Source: Sminthopsis crassicaudata (taxonomy: Eukaryota). From it: a stretch of DNA of 46,838 nucleotides. Below, piece by piece: positions 33,960 through 46,838 of this stretch. The number at the start of each line of letters is the position of its first letter. Within the stretch, counting starts at the first letter, position 1. Location of the stretch: positions 470,382,027-470,428,864 of the forward strand of contig NC_133620.1 of the NCBI RefSeq assembly GCF_048593235.1, read 5' to 3'. The position numbers were made by a program, and so were the translations under genes. A model generated the notes under the pieces. That model made no database searches. It was not told where the DNA came from and saw nothing but the letters and a program-made list of their open reading frames with translations.

Positions 33960-36707
33960 AGTCGTTCATTTCCATTTGTTCAATTCTAATTTTTAGTGTA
34001 TTATTTTCTTCAGTTACCTTTTTTAGCTCCTTTTGCAATTGGCCAATTAATTTTTTTTTTGTTGTTCATTGCATTCTTTTTCCATTCCTTCTTGCAATGA
34101 TCTCATTTCATTTTCCCATTTTTCTTCTAGCTCTCTTTTTAGATCCTTTATGCAATCTTTGAAGAAAACCTTGTGAAGTGAGGATTAGCTCATGTCTGTC
34201 TTTGTGACTTCTGGAGTTGCTTTGCCATTAGGAACCTCAGGATTTGAGATTTTGTTCTCCCTCTCCATAAAAGTTGTCTATGGTGAGAGTTTTTTATTTA
34301 TTTATTTATTTATTTTTAAGGCTTGAGATCTGTTCAATGCAAAGGAGCAACAGCTGCTTTAATTTGCCTTGGGGCAGTTCTGCTCATTGATTTCCAGTGT
34401 TAGGTAATGGCAGTTAGGCCCAGGACTCGGTGTTTTACAATTTGTCTTTTACAAAAGGCAAATCTGCCAGACCACCGGTTTGCAATTAGGACAGAGTAGT
34501 CTAAGAGGCTCACAGAAGATTCCCAGGTTTGTGGAAGCTACAACATTCTGACTCTCTGCTCCAGCTTCTTGCTCTAGTCTCCCTATACTGCAGTCTGGGT
34601 TTGCCAGGCTGTCCCCCTGCCCAATTGAAATAGACCTGTTCTGACCTTCTTCCAAGGTATCGTCTTCTAAAAATGGGTTAGGTTCCAAATATTTGTGATT
34701 TCAAAACCAGTTTAGAGTTTTAATCTGCTGTTGGTTTGAGAGAAGGTTAGAGGAGATTACAGAAAGTGGTGTCTGCTCTCTGACATCTTGGCTCTACATC
34801 AATATTCTTTAGGGAAATTGGTCTGTACTTTTATTTCTCTATTTTGGCTCTTCCTGGTTTAGTTATCATCACCATATTTGTGGCATAAAAGGAATCTTGT
34901 AGGATTTCTTTGCCTATTTTCCCAAATAGTTTATATACTATTGAAATTAATTTTTTTAAATGTTTGGTAGAATTCACTGGTAAATCCATCTGGCCCTAGA
35001 GATTTTTTCTTAGGGAGATCATTGATGACTTATTCAATTTCTTTTTCCAAAATGGGGCTATTTAAGTATTTTATTCACTCTTCTGCTAATCGGGGCAATT
35101 TCTATTTTTGTAAGTATTCAACCATTTCATTAGATTGTCAGATTTATTGGTAAAGAGTTGGGCAAAATAGTTCTTAATTTTTGCTTAATTTCCTCTTCAT
35201 TGCTGGTAAGTTCACCCCTTTCATTTTTGGTACTGGTAATTTGAGTTCCTTTTTTCCTTTTTCTAAGCAAATTAAAGATCTATTTTGTGGGTTTTTTATT
35301 AAACCTACTTAGTTTTATTTATTAGTTCAATAATTTTCTTGATTTCGGTTTTATTAATCTGTCCTCTGGTTTTCATATTTGGTATTTAGTTGGGGATTTT
35401 AATTTGTCCTTTTTCTAGCTTTTTTAGTTACATGTCCAATTTCTCATCTGAAGATATAAAATTTCCCCTAAGAACTTCTTGGCCACATCCCATATGTTTT
35501 GGTATATTGTCTCATTATTATCATTCTCTTGGATGAAATTGTTGATTGTTTCTATAATTTGTTATTTGACCCACCCATACCTTAAGATTAGATTATTTAG
35601 TTTCCAATTAATGATTTGTCTGTTTTTTCCTTGGCTCCATATTCCATATAATTTTTATTGCATCATGATCTGAAACATTTAATATTTCTACCTTTTTGCA
35701 TTTTATTGTGAGGTTTTTATGCCCTAGTATATGTATATACACTTTTTGTGTAAGTGCCATGTATATACTGCTGAGAAAAGGGTAAATTCCTTTCCATCCC
35801 CATTCAATTTTCTCTAGAAGTCTATCATACCTAACTTTTATAAAATTCTGTTCATCTCCTTAACATCTTTCTTGTTTCGTGGTTAGTTATCTAATTCTGA
35901 GAGAGGGAGATGGAGATCCCCCACTGGTCTACTTTTGCTATTTCATCCTGCAACTTATTTAACTTCTTTAAGAATTTGGATGCTATACTACTTGGTGAAT
36001 AAATGTTTAGTATCGGTATTACTTCATTATCTATGGTATCCTTTAGCAAGATGTAGTTTCTTTACTTTTCTTCTGTAATTAGAACTGTTTTTGCTTGGTC
36101 TGAGATCAGGAATCACTACCCCAGCTTTTTTTTTTTTTTTTTTTAACTCCTGCTGAAGCATAATATATTCTGTTCCAGCCTTTTACCTTCAGTCTCTGTG
36201 TATCTCTTTGCTTCAAATGTGTTTCTTGTAAATAAGGTGTTGTAAGGTTCTGGCTTTTTAATCCAGTCTATTTTCTGATTCCATTTTATGGAAGAGTTCA
36301 TCTCATTCACAGTACACAGTAATGTTACTAACTCTGTATTTCGTCCATCCAGTTTTTTCCATTTATATTTTTTCCTCCTTTCTCCCTTCCTTCCTCACCA
36401 GTGTTTTGCTTCTGATCCCACCTCCCTTTGTCTGCCCTCCTTTTTATTATCCTTCCTCTTTTCGTTCCTCTTTCCTTTTCTACTTCCCTATAGGATGGAA
36501 CAGATTTCTTTCCCAAACTAAGTACATATGTTATTCTCTCTGTGAGCTAAATCTGATGAGATTAAGATTCAAACAATGCTCATCATCTCCTTTCCCTCTA
36601 CTACTGTGATAGGTCTTTTGTGGTTCTATATGTGATATGATTTACCTTATTTTTACCTCTCCTATCCTCTTCTCCCAGTAAAATCCTTTTTCCACCACTT
36701 AATTTCT

Positions 36708-36708
<1 letters not shown>
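33960..36708 (-). mobile_element. Old L1 fragments (ORF1/5' region and ORF2 EN-RT region)
   Basis: ttggtagaattcactggtaaatccatctggccct and tgagaaaagggtaaattcc are minus-strand L1 ORF2 signatures; many stops. Confidence 0.85.
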
Positions 36709-36754
<46 letters not shown>

Positions 36755-36756
<2 letters not shown>

Positions 36757-37490
36757 AGTTGTTGTCCTTTTTCCTCAAAGAGAATCAAAATGGTATCATT
36801 GTATTAGTATGCTTGTCACAGGACAGTCTTTGTAGAGATGAACATTGGAGGCATCCTTAAACTCTTGGGGTATAGCCTTCCATATAATCTGGAAAATTCA
36901 ATTAGCTTTTGTATGAGCAGTGAGCATCTCTGCTGGAATAGAATCAGCACAGGTGCCTTGCCCTGCAGAATTAGTCTAATGGCATTCAAAACCTTGGAAC
37001 TTCAGCTAGGGAGGGATTGATTTCATCCTGAGGTAAATGGTCAATGGCTTCCTCGTGGTCAGGGAAGGCCCGTTCTTCTGGAGTGAGGGCTCCTGAGGTC
37101 TTTTCAGGGCTGCTTTCCATCTTGAGTGTCCATCTGATTCATCGAACTCGCCTCTGTTTCCTAGAAGCTGTTGTATGTACAGTTGACCCACCCTAGTAGA
37201 GCATTTCAGCAGAACTGGCTAAACTAGGCCGAGGGTAACCAAGGGTTCTCCAGCCTTACAGTGAGTTAGGGGGCATCTATCCCAAGCATATGCAGACCTC
37301 CCCTGGTGGAATGGGGAGATGAGAACTATTTCTTCTAGTAGCCATGAAGGCACATAAAGCAGGGGCTGGGGAGTGCTTAGAGCTTAGTTAGATTTGAGCG
37401 ATACCAAGGTCACCCATTGCGTCCTCGCTCTGTCTTGCCACTGGATAGTGATGACTTTGGAGGAGAGAGTAAGGCTGATGACATTTCTAT
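36755..37490. mobile_element. Marsupial RTE-clade derived repeat
   Basis: gagggtaacc...gtgagttagggg...ggtggaatgggg...ccaaggtcacccattgc...ggaggagagagtaaggctgatgac matches the marsupial RTE-type consensus as I recall it. Confidence 0.6.
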
Positions 37491-37549
37491 ATCATCATAT
37501 GAAGTTCTACTTATACCCACGCCTTCTGTCTGAGGCCTTTATCAGAACC

Positions 37550-38780
37550 TTTGCATCATTCATAATTGTGAGGAAGCTTTAGGTTCTCTCTGCTCCAATT
37601 TAAGGGATGTTCCCCCTTGACAACCTGGATGGTGCATGGCTTATAGATGGTAGAGCTGTCTTGAAAATGGGGAGAGAAAGGCGGGATATTTTGTGGTGAC
37701 TCTCTTTTTTATTTTTTTTTTTATTTTATAATTATAACTTTTTTGACAGTATATATGCATGGGTAATTTTTTACAACATTATCCCTTGCATACACTTCTG
37801 TCCCGACTTTTTCCTTCCATCCCTCCACACTCTCCCCTAGATGGCAGGCAGTCTTATACATGTTAGATATGTTATAGTATATCCTAGATACAATATATGT
37901 GTGCAGAACCAAACAGTTCTCTTATTGCACAGGGAGAATTGGATTCAGAAATAAAAATAACCTGGGAAGAAAAACAAAAATGCTAACAGTTTACACTCAT
38001 TTCCTATTGTTCCTTCTCTGGGTGTAGCTGATTCTGTCCATCATTGATCAATTGGAACTGAATTAGATCTTCTCTATGTTGAAGATATCCACTTCCATCA
38101 GAATACATCCTCCTACAGTATCTTGTTGAAGTGTACAATGATCTCCCGGTGCTGCTTATTTCACTTAGCAGCAGTTCATGTTTCATCCTGCTGGTCATTT
38201 CTTACAGAACAATAATATTCCATTACATTCATATACCACAATTTACCCAACCATTCTCCAGTTGATGGGCATCCATTCATTTTTCCAGTTTCTGGCCACT
38301 ACAAAAAGGGCTGCCACAAACATTTTGGCACATACAGGTCCCTTTCCCTTCTTTAGTATTTCTTTGGGATATAAGCCCAGTAGTAGCTCTGTAGTGACTC
38401 TCAGTGGCACCTGGAAGCTGGGCCACAGCCCCCTGGAACTTCTTCCCAGAAGGCTGAGCTCCTTGCCCTGACCAGAGCTTTGACCCTGGGGAAGGGAACG
38501 AGAGTGAACATCATATGGACTCCAGGTCTGCTTTTCATGTGCTCATGGGGCTTTTGACAGCAAAAACTTCTCCTATTAAATATTCTGCAGCCACTACAAG
38601 TTGTTTATAAACCTAGAGAGGTTCCGGTCATATTTTGTAAAGGGAGATTCACTTCAGCCAAGAAGAATTTGCAGGCTCATCTGTTCCAGCTGCTGCCCAT
38701 TCCCCCCCCCCCACTATGACTCATGTTTCAAGAATTAAAAATGCTGCTGCCGTTACCTCTCCTTCAGATACCTCAGAATA
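37550..38780 (+). mobile_element. ERV pol remnant (RNase H start, integrase end), split by an L1
   Basis: HNCEEALGSLCSNLRDVP-DNLDGAWLIDG...KAGYFVVTL|SGTW across frameshifts; integrase-end-like THVSRIK near 38720. Confidence 0.7.
37705..38389 (-). mobile_element. Young 5'-truncated L1 inserted in ERV pol, 13-bp TSD with one mismatch
   Basis: tgtggtgactctc at 37692-37704 versus tgtagtgactctc at 38390-38402; poly-T start. Confidence 0.88.
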
Positions 38781-38902
38781 TTCCTGTGAGCCCATAGAGA
38801 AATGGAAGTTTCTCTTCCACAGGACTCCTGAAAACATTCTGGAGGAAGAAGGGTGAAATTGTTTGTGTCCTTTCTCTCATTAATCTCCTTTACTTTCTCA
38901 CC

Positions 38903-40400
38903 ATGAGAACTTTACTCCCAATACTCTCCAGTTTTCCTGGTCTTAGTCTGTGAGCCCCCATCAGTGGGAGATAACTTCCTAGTCAGACTAGAGAACTCTG
39001 CGGGTAATGGGGACATTCAGGATTGTTGGGTGTGCCATCAACACCCCCAAGCCAGCCCACAGATGCGACCTAATGCAATTTTTTTGCAAAGGTCCCATTC
39101 CCATATGTCATCATCTCTACCCTGGACACCACCCCATTTGTACTAGCTATCCTCCAGAAGGACTACTCTGACCTGGCTATCCCATTTTCTTGCTGGAAAA
39201 GATCTCATACCTACATATTACCACACTCATATCACAGGGACAGTAGATGTTACCATGGCCCATAATGGCCTTATTTACACCCCTGATGTTGGGACGCTGA
39301 CTTGTACCACCAACGTTGTTGGTGCAAGTGAGTGTGACTCTTCTCAAGGCTGCTGCAATTTCACCTTGGCAACCTGTACCAGCTGCACAAGTGGGTCAAG
39401 CTAGCTGTACCTATCTATGGACTCCCCTGAGAAAAAACTGTAGGGCATCCATTCCAAGATTATGCTAGCAAACTCACTCCTAATGCTTCTACAGCACCTT
39501 CCATGAAGCTTCGTCATAACTTTCTGAAAACTGACATTCCAACTGATAGAATGTTATGTAACTACAATCACTTTGGGGACAATTAACCAGGAAACGCTGC
39601 AAAACCTGACCTAAGGTATTATCTGTACACCTAAGAGATATGCTTTTCTCTGGACAGTAAGTTCTCCATTCTACTTCAATGTTTCTGAGGGACCTGTTAG
39701 GAGGAATGCCTTTGACTGGAACCCTCCTCACCCCATAATTCTTTCTCCCAATTTTTAACCCCTTTTAAACACTGTGTCTTGTACCCTAGGTTACCTAAGT
39801 GCTCCTTTTAATATATATACTAGCATTTCAAACACTGCCCCCACCCCTTTGAGGAGACAAAGGTGGGGATTTTGGGAAAATGTTCTTTGGTAGTTAAAGA
39901 AAGGCACAGCAATGCTAGCTCCCTAGGTGGGATACTTAGAACATGAAAACATCCTTTCCAACCTGACTGCCACAATCAACCAGCTGGCCAACAAAATTGC
40001 ACACAATCTCTGAGAGATCCAAGAATCTTTGGATTCTCTTGCTAACATGGTTTTAGATAATTGAATGGCCTTGGATTATCTTCTTGCTTCAAGCGGAGGT
40101 GTTTGTGCTCTGGTCAATACCTCCTGCTATATGAACATCAACAACTTGGGGAAGGTTGAGCATCCTACTTAGAGAAAGCTGTCTGGATGCAAGATATTTA
40201 TGGAAAACACACACACAGTCTTCCTCTGGGTGGGATTTCTGGCTGTGGTCTCTAACACTATATTAACTCCACTTCTAGTCATTATTTTTTACTCATAATT
40301 GGCCCCTGCCTTTTTAATCTGCTTATGAGATTTGTTTCCTCCAGGCTCCACGCTCTGAATTTCCAACTACTCATTCATGGGACAACCAACTTGGACACTT
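38903..40400 (+). pseudogene. Decayed gamma-type ERV env
   Basis: CWVC at 39024-39035; furin site RRQR at 39852-39863; ISD and CX6C region VLDN*MALDYLLASSGGVCALVNTSCY at about 40050-40130; TM and tail PLLVIIFLLIIGPCLFNLLMRFVSSRL. Confidence 0.9.
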
Positions 40401-40574
40401 ATCCTGTAGAGGCTATTGCTGCCATCTTCATATCTCCCACTTCCCCTTCTGGCCTGAACCCCTATTGAACATAGGGATAACTCTACAATCCTTGTCAGCT
40501 TGAAGCATCTCCAGAAGATGAGGCCTTCATCCCTTTGCACCAAATGAGTTTGAGGTGAATGCTTGAGGGGGAAA

Positions 40575-40991
40575 TGATGTAAATCTTGGGGGAGGAAGGG
40601 TGGTTCTGGGTTAGAAATCTCAAACCCCTCTAAGAGGGGCCCCACTCTCCTGTTCATAGGGGAAACTCCCAGATAACTAATTTCATTCAATTCAATTAGA
40701 GATCTTGGCTTGGAGCATAATCCTTATCCTCTATTGAGTTGAAAATTAAGCCTTCAAATTCATCTGGAGATGGGTCCCCAGCTCTGAGACAAAGAAACAA
40801 CATAATCAAAGCCTCTGCACCCAAATCTTTGGGGGAAAAATGTCCTAATAGGCTTTTCCCCACTAAGAAAACCATTTTCTTAATGTAATAAACCCACTTT
40901 TTGCCACAAATGTTGCCATCTAGGCTTGCACACAAAGAATCTGCGGCAACAACTAAGGGATTTCTCCACCCTCATTTCTCACACCTCAACA
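40575..40991 (+). mobile_element. ERV 3' LTR
   Basis: PPT gagggggaaa directly followed by TG at 40575; AATAAA near 40887; ends cctcaaCA. Confidence 0.8.
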
Positions 40992-41520
40992 TTATAAATG
41001 TGGAAAAGCCTTCAGCCAGAGAATAATTCTTACTGCACACCAGAGAATTCACATGGGAGAGAAATACTTTGCATGTAAGGAATGAAGAAAAGGCTTTAGT
41101 CTGAGGGCTATTTCAGAGTTCCCACGGGAGAGAAACCCTTTGTATATAATGAGGACAATCCTTTATCCAGAGAACAAGTTTTAATACCCACCAGAAAATT
41201 TATATTGGAAGTGTGATGTAATGAATGTGGAAAATCTTTCAGCCCCCAGGACTTCACTTATCTTCGAAAAACTCTTTATTTGTAATGAACGTGGGGGAAG
41301 TCTGCAGGCACCGAGTACTGTAGCTTGTCCTCAAAGAACTAAAGAGAAACATCATTTGAATTTCAGGAGTGTGGGAAAGCTTGCAGCAAATCTTATTACC
41401 CATCAAAGAACCCTTATAAGAGAGAAACTTCTTGTATGTAAGGAATGGAGGAAGCCTTTAGCAGGGGGTCTAATTTTACTACTTATTAGAAGTTATATTG
41501 AAAAGAAACAGAATTTGCTA
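40992..41520 (+). pseudogene. Decayed C2H2 finger remnants
   Basis: [29 protein letters not shown] followed by further frameshifted CNECGK/HQRT remnants. Confidence 0.85.
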
Positions 41521-42079
41521 AAGTAGAAACACAGAAATAGAAGTTACTTATTAAAAACTGCAAAACACACAGATATCAAACACCCACACCAGCTCCCTCA
41601 CAGAAAGACCCCACCTTACAGATTCCCCCGTCTCGTGGTCCCGGACATAGAGAAGGGAACCCCGAGCCCCGCAGTGGCCAGGAGCCAAGGAAGGGCAGGA
41701 AAGCTGCGCAGCAGAAACCGAGGGTGGACGCCCCTTTTGCACCCCATTCCCGGGGGATCGCCCCACTCGGCCTGGACCCGGGGCGGACTATGGGGAAACC
41801 TCATGCCACAGAGTTCAGGACTGTTTTTCCCGGATCCCAAAGGGATTTCCCTCCTGACTGCCCTGGAATACGGCCTCCGGGGGCCCCAGAGCAAGCCCCA
41901 CCTCCTTTTCCTAGGTCTACCATGGACAGCGACTAGTCCTCTCTTCTTAGTCCCCAAAACCTAATATACACTAGGGGGCGCCGGCAGCGGCCCTAGAAAA
42001 GCTCGAGGGAAAAGGATCCGGGGGCCCTGATGGAGGCATAAGGCCGAACCAGTGCCCCCTAAGGGTTGGGGGTGTGGGG

Positions 42080-42644
42080 ACTGCCCTTCTCGGTCCTGGT
42101 CCCACTACAAATGACCCGCCGAAATGGAACCTGAGGTTACAGGGGCGTGGTGCGGGAGGGGCGGGACACTGAATCACTGTGTTACATAAAGCGGTCATTG
42201 TGGAGGAGAGACCTAAGGGAGGACAGAACGGGGCTAGTACCCGGTGAATTCAAACACCAGGAAAAGAATGGAATCTACACAAACCTTCATTCATTGCACA
42301 AACTCAAAGCTTCCAGGGCAGGGAGAGGGGGAGATGTTTAAAAAAAAAAAAAAAGTCGCAATGCTTCCTGGGATCTGTAGTCTATGGCAACGACTCTCGA
42401 GCGCGCGCACGACGGGGCCTTCCCCTTCCGCACTCTACTTCCCAGAAGGTTTTGGGGTATCCGGTCTGCAGCACTATAGACTGTCCATCTTGTCACCCAG
42501 TGAAATGTATCCTGGGAAAGCTTCCGCTTCTCTGAATGCCCCTCTGATTCGCTGACCCGGAGAGGGTAAAGGAGTAAGAGCGTCAGCGTTGCATCGCATC
42601 CTCGCTCTCCGTTCCCCGCTTCCTGCTCTGTCGGAGGCACCGAG
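42080..42644 (+). promoter_or_regulatory. ZNF-C promoter module and putative non-coding first exon
   Basis: ZNF143-like tcctgggatctgtagtc (42366-42382) and actctacttcccagaagg (42432-42449); donor GAG|gtaagc at 42644. Confidence 0.72.
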
Positions 42645-44161
42645 GTAAGCACGGGAGGACGGGGTGATTGAGCCCTCGAGGTACCTGCTCCTACTTCCCT
42701 TGCTCTCCCTTCCCCTCCCCTCCCCTCCCCTCCTCCTCCCACCGCCCCCCTTAGATTTGCGGGACTAGCTATCCCTGGCAGCGAGGGCGGGGCACTGTGC
42801 ACGTGCTTCCTCTACCCCGCCCCCTAACCACCATGTTAGCAGCGCCAGCTGTGCAGTCAGCGTTCCTTCTCCCGAACGAGTCCGCTTGTGTGAGTCCCGG
42901 GAAGAATAAGGGCTGGAGGACGTCAGTCGCGACTGTACGCACGCGCGATTCTGACTTCTGCAGTGTGAACCGCTCATAGAAGGAGGGTGGCTTGGCATCA
43001 GTCCCGCTCGTGCGCACGCGCAGCTCCGGCTTTCACTGTACTAGCCATAGGTAATGAGGGCAGGCAAGCATCAGTCTCGGCAGTGAGCACGCGCGAGGCC
43101 TCTGCCGAGCCCCCTGACTTGGGAAGCCAGTCTATGGTTCTGTGTCCCTGTGCACGCAGTGAGTGTGTGCCAGTGCAAGTGCTTGTTAGGGTACCTGAAA
43201 GGTGTCTGTATGGGCAGCACCCCCAATCTCCCTCAGCCTCCCCTTTCCCCTCTGCGCTTGCCCCCGCCCCTTTCATGTCCTTTGGGACCCTCCGCTCCTT
43301 GCGGCTGGACTGAAGCCGCCTCCTCTCCTTGCCCCTGGTCCCCTCCTCCACGGGGCGTCCCCTTAATGCTCCTTTGCCAGCTTTGTCTCTTACCTGCCCC
43401 CTGCCTCATCCTTGGGTCACTTCTGCATCCTCTGTGCAGCATTGGAAGCCCTTTACCGGCCTTCCTCCCTCCAAGGAGCATCTGTGGAGCCTCTTCTAGG
43501 CTCGTAGCTGGGCTTGGTGAAAAGGGGGAGACTCCGCGCCTCAGGGGGTCCCAGCAGAAAACAGGGCCAGAGGCCAAGGTGACGTCAGCCTTTCTTAGTG
43601 GATGGTGCGGAGCCATGTTGTGAGACCCCCCCCTCCCCTTCCCCCCCACCCCCCCCTGCGTCTTCGATGACCCCTCCCCCACGGGTCCCTGCCCTGCTGG
43701 TCACTGGAGGTTTGGGCTGAGAGGAGTCAGGGGCGCAGGGGCTGCTGTTCTTCCTGGGCTCGGAGTGTCCCAGGGGGAGGTCAGGTCGTTGGCAGGTGGG
43801 GGTTGCCCTGGCAGCTCTCTGAGGACCCCTCCCCCCACACACTCCCGGGATGACTTGGGCCCAGGCTGGGGACGGGGCTTTGACTTTCGGGCTCCCTGGG
43901 AGCTGCTTGTTACTGGTCACTGTGAAAGAGAAGGTCTTCAACCTTGCCTGACTCTAGGAGGAAGGTTCCCCGTGCGGGAGCAGCGCTCGGCCCGAGGCTG
44001 ACGGACATTCATCCCAGCCACTTGTGTCTGTGATGATTTTCTTCAATTTGCCCCGAAATGTTTGGTGAAAAACTTGCCCGAGCCTGGAGCTCCTGGGGAG
44101 GTTGAGGCACTGGGGTCACTCAGGGCTGAAGCCCATCGGGCCTGTGGCGAGCCAGTGTGTA

Positions 44162-44164
<3 letters not shown>

Positions 44165-44212
<48 letters not shown>
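44165..44212. repeat. (TG)n microsatellite
   Basis: Perfect dinucleotide run, paralogous to 19597-19642. Confidence 0.98.
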
Positions 44213-44215
<3 letters not shown>

Positions 44216-44653
44216 ATGTGTAGCATTTTTTCCCGTCTCGGTCCCACCTGCCTCATTTCCCCAGGCCGGGATCGCTTCCTTTCCCCCTCGGTGTCTCCAC
44301 AGCCTGCACAGAACACAGCAGGTGCCGGCCCTCAAACTCCCGCCGCTTTTCCATCCAGCGCCCTTAGCTCTCACCTGCCCTCAGAAGGACGGCCTGCCCT
44401 CAGGGCTCCTGCTTCCTCCCTTTCTGCCAGGCTCCCTTCCCACGTGGGAAAGCCCCTGGGGCAGGGCGGGGCTGGGGGGGCCTGGGCCTTCTTCTTCAGC
44501 AGCCCCGCCCTCTGTGAGAGGCTCCAGCACTCTTGAGCTCCCAGAGGTGCTGGGGGGGGGCACTTGTCCAGGAGCCCCTGCAGAGCGGGTCTGGGCCCCT
44601 CACAGCTTCTTTCTCCTCCAGCTCAGCCCTGCAAAGACCCTGCTCTTCCCAGG

Positions 44654-44704
44654 ATGGAGGCCGAGCAGGGCCCGGCTTCTGGCTTCCTCATGGCCCCCTT
44701 TCAG
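44654..44704 (+). CDS. ZNF-C start exon (MEAEQGPASGFLMAPFQ)
   Basis: cccag|G ATG ... CAG|gtgagt. Confidence 0.85.
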
Positions 44705-45049
44705 GTGAGTCCCAGCTCCACCCCCCCCTTCTCTCCTCCTCCTCCCCCTCGGGTCAGAAGGGATGCAAAGGCTGTCAGGGTGGGCCTGGGGCCTTCCTCT
44801 CTCGGGACATGGATGCACAGGGAGGAGGTGATCAGTCAGGGTCAGAAAGGGACAGAAGGAGAGAGGGAGGAGGTGAAGCAGCCGGGTGCAGGGGAGCAGC
44901 CGCCACATTCTGACGCGGACGCCGTGTTCCTTCTAGAGGGAAAATGTGCAGAACGTTTGGGGCGGCCCTTTTTGAAGTGGGAAAGAACTGGAAACTGAGG
45001 GGCCGCCCGTCAGGGGGACTGGCTGAGGAAGTTGTGGTGTGTGAGCGTT

Positions 45050-45530
45050 ATGGAATATTATTGTTCTGTAAGAAAAGCCCAGCAGGAGGATTTCAGAGAA
45101 GCCGGAGAGACTGACGGGAACTGGCTCTGACTAAGTTAGCAGCACCAGGAGAGCATTACCTACGGCAACAGCGATGATGGGTTCTGATGCACGGGACTCT
45201 CTCCGACGATGACCGAGGCCAGTTCCCATGGTCTGGTGATGGAGAGAGACTCCCCCAGAGAGGACTGTGGGAACTGAGCATGGATCACAGCACAGCATTT
45301 GTACCTTTTTTGTTGGTGTTTGTTTTTCTTTTGATTTGATTTTTCTGACACAAAAATTGCAAATATGGAAATATCTTTAGAAGTCTTACACCTGTGCTCG
45401 CTTTCTTGGGGAAGAAATAAAGAAGGCAGAAAAATTTGGAATACAAAGTTTAAAAAACAAATGTTGAAAACTATCCTTACTTATATTTTGAAAAATAAAA
45501 TACTATTAAAAGTGGAAAATAAAACAACAG
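45050..45530 (+). mobile_element. L1-like 3'UTR fragment expanding the ZNF-C intron
   Basis: atggaatattattgttctgtaagaaa...ggaactg...aaaataaaa tail; absent from the homologous introns of A and B. Confidence 0.7.
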
Positions 45531-45740
45531 AGAGGGGTCAGTCAGGGCCCCTACAGGAGGTCCATATTTGGGCCGTGATCGCCAGTGTCAGTGTTGGGTT
45601 CGGGGTCACACGCCGGCGCATTTTCACGGGAGGTTTGGGGCTTCGGAAGGAAAGGGCCCCGGGCCCTGGGGGTTCTTGGAGAGGATGTGGGGGGGGGCGG
45701 GGGGGACCCCGGTGTGTGCAGGCTCCTGAGGCCCCCATAA

Positions 45741-46187
<447 letters not shown>

Positions 46188-46838
46188 TGACTCTGCAGCT
46201 TTGTGCACCTAGAAGTGCCCCCCCCCAGTGGTCCCCCAGATGGTTTTGCTCCATCCCCCAAATGTCCTGTTTCCTATTTTGTGTCCTGGTTCTCTCCCTT
46301 ATGCCCCTGAGGTTCTCTCAGTGGAGGCCCATTTTGTGGCCCGCTCAGTATCTCCTCTCCAGCCTGACCCCTAGTGATGGAGAGCCAGGGACCAGCCTCC
46401 CTCTCCAAGCACAGAGCAGAGCTGCTGACCTTGTCCTTCCAAGTCTAACTAGACCCTGACCGGTCTCACACAGGTGTGGGATTTGGAAGTTCCCCCCAGT
46501 GCTGCAGGGGAAGTCTCTAAGGCCCCACTGTCCTTGTGGCTCTTGCCATTGTTCCCCTAGAAGTGGGGGGTCCAGGGTGTCACTGGGCAGCCCTCCTGCC
46601 CAGCTTCCTCCCCTGTTCCTGATCTTTGGGAATCCTCCTCATTTATGTTATGGCGCCTGCTCAGTGCACTAGGGAAACCTTAAGGTCCTCCTGTGGCTTG
46701 GGCACTCTTCTGGGAACTGGGCCCCCAAGGAAAGGCCCGGAGCCTTCCTGCTCTCAGGGAGCTCCCGGTCACATGGGAGGGACAACAAACTGCTTAGGGG
46801 CAAACAAGACGTGCCAGAGAGAACTGGGGATAATCCAG

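Noticed and set aside
38903-40400. Syncytin-like domesticated env
   Set aside because: Multiple stops and frameshifts, including within the ISD; no long ORF.

Overview
Marsupial genomic DNA, inferred from WSINE1-like and MAR1-like SINEs, RTE-derived repeats and marsupial-type L1 3' ends; possibly a dasyurid. There are two assembly gaps. The window is the edge of a KRAB zinc-finger (KZFP) cluster with three paralogous units. ZNF-A (minus strand, about 15.0-20.5 kb) has KRAB-A, no recognisable KRAB-B exon and 12 intact C2H2 fingers. ZNF-B (plus, about 22.3-30.9 kb) has KRAB-A and KRAB-B and 14 intact fingers, and lies head-to-head with ZNF-A. ZNF-C (plus, from about 42.5 kb) shows only its 5' exons and KRAB-A inside the window. 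All three share a duplicated promoter module (ZNF143-like and NRF1-like motifs), a 17-codon start exon and near-identical KRAB-A exons, but the finger exons of A and B are deeply diverged. Decayed finger arrays broken by retroelements trail A and B. At the left end are the first two coding exons of a class I SAM-dependent methyltransferase (DDB_G0268948-like, recognised from memory) on the minus strand, with a 1-bp frameshift in exon 2. A decayed gamma-type ERV (pol RNase H, env, PPT, 3' LTR) lies between ZNF-B and ZNF-C. Exon calls come from manual reading of splice sites; repeat family names and boundaries are approximate.
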